64,000 nt of DNA from Auanema rhodensis (lineage: Eukaryota; Animalia; Nematoda), in the NCBI GenBank assembly GCA_964057225.1, contig OZ059895.1, positions 19,778,001 to 19,842,000 of the forward strand. Direction: 5' to 3'. The translations under genes and the position numbers were made by a program. Below, one piece after another: positions 1 to 10,530 of the stretch (positions within the stretch are counted from its first letter, which is position 1; every line of letters starts with the position of its first letter). The notes below the pieces were generated by a model. That model saw only the letters and a program-made list of their open reading frames with translations, made no database searches and was not told the DNA's origin.

Positions 1-90
1 CATGGAAACTCAACATACACTAATGCATCATTTTTCAAACGATCATAACTAATTTATGAATTAAGCGTTTCTCAATGTAGTATAGTGCAT

Positions 91-157
91 TCGATGCGGA
101 TTTTTAAGCTGCGTCGATCTGTGTTATCAGATTTGCGCTAGCTTAAAAATGCACCGA
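91..157. repeat. Long imperfect inverted repeat present in each monomer (first copy listed)
   Basis: ATTTTTAAGCT (100-110) and AGCTTAAAAAT (140-150) form perfect 11-bp arms. Inner arms are GCG/CGC and ATCTG (117-121)/CAGAT (128-132). Outer arms TCGATGC (91-97)/GCACCGA (151-157) pair at 6 of 7. Confidence 0.9.
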
Positions 158-167
158 GATATCAACT

Positions 168-189
168 GATATAAGTTCACACTTATATC
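168..189. repeat. Perfect 9-bp inverted repeat with 4-nt loop (first copy listed)
   Basis: GATATAAGT-TCAC-ACTTATATC. Confidence 0.92.
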
Positions 190-300
190 CTCGATTTTCA
201 CCCTGAAGAATTAATTTTTTCGTTGAATAACATTGTCCATCGTCTTTGCCTTAAAAAAAGGAATCTAAAAACATCTAATTTTTGATAAATTATTTTAAAA

Positions 301-312
301 TTTTTCGAAAAA
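301..312. repeat. 12-bp palindrome TTTTTCGAAAAA within an A/T-tract region (first copy listed)
   Basis: Self-complementary. It extends to AAA...TTT with a 1-nt bulge (298-316). Confidence 0.92.
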
Positions 313-339
313 ATTTTTGTCAAAATGTTTTTGGAAGCA

Positions 340-367
340 ATGTTGAGTGTACATGGAAACTCAACAT
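340..367. repeat. 9-bp inverted repeat with 10-nt spacer in the most conserved block (first copy listed)
   Basis: ATGTTGAGT-GTACATGGAA-ACTCAACAT. Confidence 0.92.
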
Positions 368-3300
368 ACACTAATGCATCATTTTTCAAACGATCATAAC
401 TAATTTTTGTATTAAGCGTTTCTCAATGTAGTATAGTGCATTCGATGCGGATTTTTAAGCTGCGTCGATCTGTGTTATCAGATTTGCGCTAGCTTAAAAA
501 TGCACCGAGATATCAACTGATATAAGTTCACACTTATATCCTCGATTTTCACCCTGAAGAATTAATTTTTTCGTTGAATAACATTGTCCATCGTCTTTGC
601 CTTAAAAAAAGGAATCTAAAAACATTTAATTTTTGATAAATTATTTTAAAATTTTTCGAAAAAATTTTTGTCAAAATGTTTTTGGAAGCAATGTTGAGTG
701 TACATGGAAACTCAACATACACTAATGCATCATTTTTCAAACGATCATAACTAATTTTTGTATTAAGCGTTTCTCAATGTAGTATAGTGCATTCGATGCG
801 GATTTTTAAGCTGCGTCGATCTGTGTTATCAGATTTGCGCTAGCTTAAAAATGCACCGAGATATCAACTGATATAAGTTCACACTTATATCCTCGATTTT
901 CACCCTGAAGAATTAATTTTTTCGTTGAATAACAATGTCCATCGTCTTTGCCTTGAAAAAAGGAATCTAAAAACATCTACTTTTTGCTAAATTATTCTGA
1001 AATTTTTCGAAAAAATTTTTGTCAAAATGTTTTTGGAAGCAATGTTGAGTGTACATGGAAACTCAACATACACTAATGCATCATTTTTCAAACGATCATA
1101 ACTAATTTTTGTATTAAGCGTTTTTCAATGTAGTATAGTGCATTCGATGCGGATTTTTAAGCTGCGTCGATCTGTGTTATCAGATTTGCGCTAGCTTAAA
1201 AATGCACCGAGATATCAACTGATATAAGTTCACACTTATATCCTCGATTTTCACCCTGAAGAATTAATTTTTTCGTTGAATAACAATGTCCATCGTCTTT
1301 GCCTTGAAAAAAGAAATCTAAAAACATCTACTTTTTGCTAAATTATTCTGAAATTTTTCGAAAAAATTTTTGTCAAAATGTTTTTGGAAGCAATGTTGAG
1401 TGTACATGGAAACTCAACATACACTAATGCATCATTTTTCAAACGATCATAACTAATTTTTGTATTAAGCGTTTTTCAATGTAGTATAGTGCATTCGATG
1501 CGGATTTTTAAGCTGCGTCGATCTGTGTTATCAGATTTGCGCTAGCTTAAAAATGCACCGAGATATCAACTGATATAAGTTCACACTTATATCCTCGATT
1601 TTCACCCTGAAGAATTGATTTTTTCGTTGAATAACATTGTCCATCGTCTTTGCCTTGATAAACCGAATCTAAAAACATCTACTTTTTGCTAAATTATTTT
1701 GAAATTTTTCGAAAAAATTTTTGTCAAAATGTTTTTGGAAGCAATGTTGAGTGTACATGGAAACTCAACATACACTAATGCATCATTTTTCAAACGATCA
1801 TAACTAATTTTTGTATTAAGCGTTTCTCAATGTAGTATAGTGCATTCGATGCGGATTTTTAAGCTGCGTCGATCTGTGTTATCAGATTTGCGCTAGCTTA
1901 AAAATGCACCGAGATATCAACTGATATAAGTTCACACTTATATCCTCGATTTTCACCCTGAAGAATTAATTTTTTCGTTGAATAACAATGTCCATCGTCT
2001 TTGCCTTGATAAAAGGAATCTAAAAACATCTACTTTTTGCTAAATTATTTTGAAATTTTTCGAAAAAATTTTTGTCAAAATGTTTTTGGAAGCAATGTTG
2101 AGTGTACATGGAAACTCAACATACACTAATGCATCATTTTTCAAACGATCATAACTAATTTTTGTATTAAGCGTTTCTCAATGTAGTATAGTGCATTCGA
2201 TGCGGATTTTTAAGCTGCGTCGATCTGTGTTATCAGATTTGCGCTAGCTTAAAAATGCACCGAGATATCAACTGATATAAGTTCACACTTATATCCTCGA
2301 TTTTCACCCTGAAGAATTAATTTTTTCGTTGAATAACATTGTCCATCGTCTTTGCCTTGATAAAAGGAATCTAAAAACATCTACTTTTTGCTAAATTATT
2401 TTGAAATTTTTCGAAAAAATTTTTGTCAAAATGTTTTTGGAAGCAATGTTGAGTGTACATGGAAACTCAACATACACTAATGCATCATTTTTCAAACGAT
2501 CATAACTAATTTATGAATTAAGCGTTTCTCAATGTAGTATAGTGCATTCGATGCGGATTTTTAAGCTGCGTCGATCTGTGTTATCAGATTTGCGCTAGCT
2601 TAAAAATGCACCGAGATATCAACTGATATAAGTTCACACTTATATCCTTGATTTTCACCCTGAAGAATTAATTTTTTCGTTGAATAACATTGTCCATCGT
2701 CTTTGCCTTAAAAAAAGGAATCTAAAAACATCTAATTTTTGATAAATTATTTTAAAATTTTTCGAAAAAATTTTTGTCAAAATGTTTTTGGAAGCAATGT
2801 TGAGTGTACATGGAAACTCAACATACACTAATGCATCATTTTTCAAACGATCATAACTAATTTTTGTATTAAGCGTTTCTCAATGTAGTATAGTGCATTC
2901 GATGCGGATTTTTAAGCTGCGTCGATCTGTGTTATCAGATTTGCGCTAGCTTAAAAATGCACCGAGATATCAACTGATATAAGTTCACACTTATATCCTC
3001 GATTTTCACCCTGAAGAATTAATTTTTTCGTTGAATAACAATGTCCATCGTCTTTGCCTTGAAAAAAGGAATCTAAAAACATCTACTTTTTGCTAAATTA
3101 TTCTGAAATTTTTCGAAAAAATTTTTGTCAAAATGTTTTTGGAAGCAATGTTGAGTGTACATGGAAACTCAACATACACTAATGCATCATTTTTCAAACG
3201 ATCATAACTAATTTTTGTATTAAGCGTTTTTCAATGTAGTATAGTGCATTCGATGCGGATTTTTAAGCTGCGTCGATCTGTGTTATCAGATTTGCGCTAG

Positions 3301-6300
3301 CTTAAAAATGCACCGAGATATCAACTGATATAAGTTCACACTTATATCCTCGATTTTCACCCTGAAGAATTAATTTTTTCGTTGAATAACAATGTCCATC
3401 GTCTTTGCCTTGAAAAAAGAAATCTAAAAACATCTACTTTTTGCTAAATTATTCTGAAATTTTTCGAAAAAATTTTTGTCAAAATGTTTTTGGAAGCAAT
3501 GTTGAGTGTACATGGAAACTCAACATACACTAATGCATCATTTTTCAAACGATCATAACTAATTTTTGTATTAAGCGTTTTTCAATGTAGTATAGTGCAT
3601 TCGATGCGGATTTTTAAGCTGCGTCGATCTGTGTTATCAGATTTGCGCTAGCTTAAAAATGCACCGAGATATCAACTGATATAAGTTCACACTTATATCC
3701 TCGATTTTCACCCTGAAGAATTGATTTTTTCGTTGAATAACATTGTCCATCGTCTTTGCCTTGATAAACCGAATCTAAAAACATCTACTTTTTGCTAAAT
3801 TATTTTGAAATTTTTCGAAAAAATTTTTGTCAAAATGTTTTTGGAAGCAATGTTGAGTGTACATGGAAACTCAACATACACTAATGCATCATTTTTCAAA
3901 CGATCATAACTAATTTTTGTATTAAGCGTTTCTCAATGTAGTATAGTGCATTCGATGCGGATTTTTAAGCTGCGTCGATCTGTGTTATCAGATTTGCGCT
4001 AGCTTAAAAATGCACCGAGATATCAACTGATATAAGTTCACACTTATATCCTCGATTTTCACCCTGAAGAATTAATTTTTTCGTTGAATAACAATGTCCA
4101 TCGTCTTTGCCTTGATAAAAGGAATCTAAAAACATCTACTTTTTGCTAAATTATTTTGAAATTTTTCGAAAAAATTTTTGTCAAAATGTTTTTGGAAGCA
4201 ATGTTGAGTGTACATGGAAACTCAACATACACTAATGCATCATTTTTCAAACGATCATAACTAATTTTTGTATTAAGCGTTTCTCAATGTAGTATAGTGC
4301 ATTCGATGCGGATTTTTAAGCTGCGTCGATCTGTGTTATCAGATTTGCGCTAGCTTAAAAATGCACCGAGATATCAACTGATATAAGTTCACACTTATAT
4401 CCTCGATTTTCACCCTGAAGAATTAATTTTTTCGTTGAATAACATTGTCCATCGTCTTTGCCTTGATAAAAGGAATCTAAAAACATCTACTTTTTGCTAA
4501 ATTATTTTGAAATTTTTCGAAAAAATTTTTGTCAAAATGTTTTTGGAAGCAATGTTGAGTGTACATGGAAACTCAACATACACTAATGCATCATTTTTCA
4601 AACGATCATAACTAATTTATGAATTAAGCGTTTCTCAATGTAGTATAGTGCATTCGATGCGGATTTTTAAGCTGCGTCGATCTGTGTTATCAGATTTGCG
4701 CTAGCTTAAAAATGCACCGAGATATCAACTGATATAAGTTCACACTTATATCCTTGATTTTCACCCTGAAGAATTAATTTTTTCGTTGAATAACATTGTC
4801 CATCGTCTTTGCCTTAAAAAAAGGAATCTAAAAACATCTAATTTTTGATAAATTATTTTAAAATTTTTCGAAAAAATTTTTGTCAAAATGTTTTTGGAAG
4901 CAATGTTGAGTGTACATGGAAACTCAACATACACTAATGCATCATTTTTCAAACGATCATAACTAATTTTTGTATTAAGCGTTTCTCAATGTAGTATAGT
5001 GCATTCGATGCGGATTTTTAAGCTGCGTCGATCTGTGTTATCAGATTTGCGCTAGCTTAAAAATGCACCGAGATATCAACTGATATAAGTTCACACTTAT
5101 ATCCTCGATTTTCACCCTGAAGAATTAATTTTTTCGTTGAATAACATTGTCCATCGTCTTTGCCTTAAAAAAAGGAATCTAAAAACATTTAATTTTTGAT
5201 AAATTATTTTAAAATTTTTCGAAAAAATTTTTGTCAAAATGTTTTTGGAAGCAATGTTGAGTGTACATGGAAACTCAACATACACTAATGCATCATTTTT
5301 CAAACGATCATAACTAATTTTTGTATTAAGCGTTTCTCAATGTAGTATAGTGCATTCGATGCGGATTTTTAAGCTGCGTCGATCTGTGTTATCAGATTTG
5401 CGCTAGCTTAAAAATGCACCGAGATATCAACTGATATAAGTTCACACTTATATCCTCGATTTTCACCCTGAAGAATTAATTTTTTCGTTGAATAACAATG
5501 TCCATCGTCTTTGCCTTGAAAAAAGGAATCTAAAAACATCTACTTTTTGCTAAATTATTTTAAAATTTTTCGAAAAAATTTTTGTCAAAATGTTTTTGGA
5601 AGCAATGTTGAGTGTACATGGAAACTCAACATACACTAATGCATCATTTTTCAAACGATCATAACTAATTTTTGTATTAAGCGTTTTTCAATGTAGTATA
5701 GTGCATTCGATGCGGATTTTTAAGCTGCGTCGATCTGTGTTATCAGATTTGCGCTAGCTTAAAAATGCACCGAGATATCAACTGATATAAGTTCACACTT
5801 ATATCCTCGATTTTCACCCTGAAGAATTAATTTTTTCGTTGAATAACAATGTCCATCGTCTTTGCCTTGAAAAAAGAAATCTAAAAACATCTACTTTTTG
5901 CTAAATTATTCTGAAATTTTTCGAAAAAATTTTTGTCAAAATGTTTTTGGAAGCAATGTTGAGTGTACATGGAAACTCAACATACACTAATGCATCATTT
6001 TTCAAACGATCATAACTAATTTTTGTATTAAGCGTTTTTCAATGTAGTATAGTGCATTCGATGCGGATTTTTAAGCTGCGTCGATCTGTGTTATCAGATT
6101 TGCGCTAGCTTAAAAATGCACCGAGATATCAACTGATATAAGTTCACACTTATATCCTCGATTTTCACCCTGAAGAATTGATTTTTTCGTTGAATAACAT
6201 TGTCCATCGTCTTTGCCTTGAAAAAAGGAATCTAAAAACATCTACTTTTTGCTAAATTATTTTGAAATTTTTCGAAAAAATTTTTGTCAAAATGTTTTTG

Positions 6301-9300
6301 GAAGCAATGTTGAGTGTACATGGAAACTCAACATACACTAATGCATCATTTTTCAAACGATCATAACTAATTTTTGTATTAAGCGTTTCTCAATGTAGTA
6401 TAGTGCATTCGATGCGGATTTTTAAGCTGCGTCGATCTGTGTTATCAGATTTGCGCTAGCTTAAAAATGCACCGAGATATCAACTGATATAAGTTCACAC
6501 TTATATCCTCGATTTTCACCCTGAAGAATTAATTTTTTCGTTGAATAACAATGTCCATCGTCTTTGCCTTGATAAAAGGAATCTAAAAACATCTACTTTT
6601 TGCTAAATTATTTTGAAATTTTTCGAAAAAATTTTTGTCAAAATGTTTTTGGAAGCAATGTTGAGTGTACATGGAAACTCAACATACACTAATGCATCAT
6701 TTTTCAAACGATCATAACTAATTTTTGTATTAAGCGTTTCTCAATGTAGTATAGTGCATTCGATGCGGATTTTTAAGCTGCGTCGATCTGTGTTATCAGA
6801 TTTGCGCTAGCTTGAAAATGCACCGAGATATCAACTGATATAAGTTCACACTTATATCCTCGATTTTCACCCTGAAGAATTAATTTTTTCGTTGAATAAC
6901 ATTGTCCATCGTCTTTGCCTTGATAAAAGGAATCTAAAAACATCTACTTTTTGATAAATTATTTTAAAATTTTTCGAAAAAATTTTTGTCAAAATGTTTT
7001 TGGAAGCAATGTTGAGTGTACATGGAAACTCAACATACACTAATGCATCATTTTTCAAACGATCATAACTAATTTTTGTATTAAGCGTTTCTCAATGTAG
7101 TATAGTGCATTCGATGCGGATTTTTAAGCTGCGTCGATCTGTGTTATCAGATTTGCGCTAGCTTAAAAATGCACCGAGATATCAACTGATATAAGTTCAC
7201 ACTTATATCCTCGATTTTCACCCTGAAGAATTAATTTTTTCGTTGAATAACAATGTCCATCGTCTTTGCCTTGAAAAAAGGAATCTAAAAACATCTACTT
7301 TTTGCTAAATTATTCTGAAATTTTTCGAAAAAATTTTTGTCAAAATGTTTTTGGAAGCAATGTTGAGTGTACATGGAAACTCAACATACACTAATGCATC
7401 ATTTTTCAAACGATCATAACTAATTTTTGTATTAAGCGTTTCTCAATGTAGTATAGTGCATTCGATGCGGATTTTTAAGCTGCGTCGATCTGTGTTATCA
7501 GATTTGCGCTAGCTTAAAAATGCACCGAGATATCAACTGATATAAGTTCACACTTATATCCTCGATTTTCACCCTGAAGAATTAATTTTTTCGTTGAATA
7601 ACATTGTCCATCGTCTTTGCCTTGAAAAAAGAAATCTAAAAACATCTAATTTTTGATAAATTATTTTAAAATTTTTCGAAAAAATTTTTGTCAAAATGTT
7701 TTTGGAAGCAATGTTGAGTGTACATGGAAACTCAACATACACTAATGCATCATTTTTCAAACGATCATAACTAATTTTTGTATTAAGCGTTTCTCAATGT
7801 AGTATAGTGCATTCGATGCGGATTTTTAAGCTGCGTCGATCTGTGTTATCAGATTTGCGCTAGCTTAAAAATGCACCGAGATATCAACTGATATAAGTTC
7901 ACACTTATATCCTCGATTTTCACCCTGAAGAATTAATTTTTTCGTTGAATAACATTGTCCATCGTCTTTGCCTTAAAAAAAGGAATCTAAAAACATTTAA
8001 TTTTTGATAAATTATTTTAAAATTTTTCGAAAAACTTTTTGTCAAAATGTTTTTGGAAGCAATGTTGAGTGTACATGGAAACTCAACATACACTAATGCA
8101 TCATTTTTCAAACGATCATAACTAATTTTTGTATTAAGCGTTTCTCAATGTAGTATAGTGCATTCGATGCGGATTTTTAAGCTGCGTCGATCTGTGTTAT
8201 CAGATTTGCGCTAGCTTAAAAATGCACCGAGATATCAACTGATATAAGTTCACACTTATATCCTCGATTTTCACCCTGAAGAATTAATTTTTTCGTTGAA
8301 TAACAATGTCCATCGTCTTTGCCTTGAAAAAAGGAATCTAAAAACATCTACTTTTTGCTAAATTATTCTGAAATTTTTCGAAAAAATTTTTGTCAAAATG
8401 TTTTTGGAAGCAATGTTGAGTGTACATGGAAACTCAACATACACTAATGCATCATTTTTCAAACGATCATAACTAATTTTTGTATTAAGCGTTTTTCAAT
8501 GTAGTATAGTGCATTCGATGCGGATTTTTAAGCTGCGTCGATCTGTGTTATCAGATTTGCGCTAGCTTAAAAATGCACCGAGATATCAACTGATATAAGT
8601 TCACACTTATATCCTCGATTTTCACCCTGAAGAATTAATTTTTTCGTTGAATAACAATGTCCATCGTCTTTGCCTTGAAAAAAGAAATCTAAAAACATCT
8701 ACTTTTTGCTAAATTATTCTGAAATTTTTCGAAAAAATTTTTGTCAAAATGTTTTTGGAAGCAATGTTGAGTGTACATGGAAACTCAACATACACTAATG
8801 CATCATTTTTCAAACGATCATAACTAATTTTTGTATTAAGCGTTTTTCAATGTAGTATAGTGCATTCGATGCGGATTTTTAAGCTGCGTCGATCTGTGTT
8901 ATCAGATTTGCGCTAGCTTAAAAATGCACCGAGATATCAACTGATATAAGTTCACACTTATATCCTCGATTTTCACCCTGAAGAATTGATTTTTTCGTTG
9001 AATAACATTGTCCATCGTCTTTGCCTTGATAAACCGAATCTAAAAACATCTACTTTTTGCTAAATTATTTTGAAATTTTTCGAAAAAATTTTTGTCAAAA
9101 TGTTTTTGGAAGCAATGTTGAGTGTACATGGAAACTCAACATACACTAATGCATCATTTTTCAAACGATCATAACTAATTTTTGTATTAAGCGTTTCTCA
9201 ATGTAGTATAGTGCATTCGATGCGGATTTTTAAGCTGCGTCGATCTGTGTTATCAGATTTGCGCTAGCTTAAAAATGCACCGAGATATCAACTGATATAA

Positions 9301-10530
9301 GTTCACACTTATATCCTCGATTTTCACCCTGAAGAATTAATTTTTTCGTTGAATAACAATGTCCATCGTCTTTGCCTTGATAAAAGGAATCTAAAAACAT
9401 CTACTTTTTGCTAAATTATTTTGAAATTTTTCGAAAAAATTTTTGTCAAAATGTTTTTGGAAGCAATGTTGAGTGTACATGGAAACTCAACATACACTAA
9501 TGCATCATTTTTCAAACGATCATAACTAATTTTTGTATTAAGCGTTTCTCAATGTAGTATAGTGCATTCGATGCGGATTTTTAAGCTGCGTCGATCTGTG
9601 TTATCAGATTTGCGCTAGCTTAAAAATGCACCGAGATATCAACTGATATAAGTTCACACTTATATCCTCGATTTTCACCCTGAAGAATTAATTTTTTCGT
9701 TGAATAACATTGTCCATCGTCTTTGCCTTGATAAAAGGAATCTAAAAACATCTACTTTTTGCTAAATTATTTTGAAATTTTTCGAAAAAATTTTTGTCAA
9801 AATGTTTTTGGAAGCAATGTTGAGTGTACATGGAAACTCAACATACACTAATGCATCATTTTTCAAACGATCATAACTAATTTATGAATTAAGCGTTTCT
9901 CAATGTAGTATAGTGCATTCGATGCGGATTTTTAAGCTGCGTCGATCTGTGTTATCAGATTTGCGCTAGCTTAAAAATGCACCGAGATATCAACTGATAT
10001 AAGTTCACACTTATATCCTCGATTTTCACCCTGAAGAATTAATTTTTTCGTTGAATAACATTGTCCATCGTCTTTGCCTTAAAAAAAGGAATCTAAAAAC
10101 ATCTAATTTTTGATAAATTATTTTAAAATTTTTCGAAAAAATTTTTGTCAAAATGTTTTTGGAAGCAATGTTGAGTGTACATGGAAACTCAACATACACT
10201 AATGCATCATTTTTCAAACGATCATAACTAATTTTTGTATTAAGCGTTTCTCAATGTAGTATAGTGCATTCGATGCGGATTTTTAAGCTGCGTCGATCTG
10301 TGTTATCAGATTTGCGCTAGCTTAAAAATGCACCGAGATATCAACTGATATAAGTTCACACTTATATCCTCGATTTTCACCCTGAAGAATTAATTTTTTC
10401 GTTGAATAACATTGTCCATCGTCTTTGCCTTAAAAAAAGGAATCTAAAAACATTTAATTTTTGATAAATTATTTTAAAATTTTTCGAAAAAATTTTTGTC
10501 AAAATGTTTTTGGAAGCAATGTTGAGTGTA

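Larger units (their letters stand above)
1..10530. repeat. Left domain: irregular 6/7-monomer higher-order repeat (order A-A'-B-C-D-E-F)
   Basis: Diagnostic GATAAACCGAA (CC at 1663, 3769, 9034) and TTTATGAA monomers (starts 1, 2458, 4564, 9829) recur with the same neighbouring monomer types. Monomers 16-22 (5266-7722) include recombinant types. Confidence 0.85.

Noticed and set aside
168-200. Intrinsic terminator-like hairpin followed by T residues
   Set aside because: The stem is AT-rich, the T-run is short and not adjacent, there is no upstream gene, and the context is satellite DNA.
218-234. CENP-B-box-like motif TTTCGTTGAA
   Set aside because: It matches only the TTCG....A half of NTTCGNNNNANNCGGGN; the essential CGGG is absent.
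1-351. Tandem RNA gene unit (5S rRNA, tRNA, snRNA, spliced leader)
   Set aside because: I recognise no conserved RNA gene sequence or cloverleaf. An Infernal/Rfam scan would settle it.
1-351. Assignment to a named satellite (e.g. Drosophila 359-bp 1.688 family or Tribolium 350-360-bp satellites)
   Set aside because: Only length and AT content are similar; I cannot confirm sequence homology without a database search.
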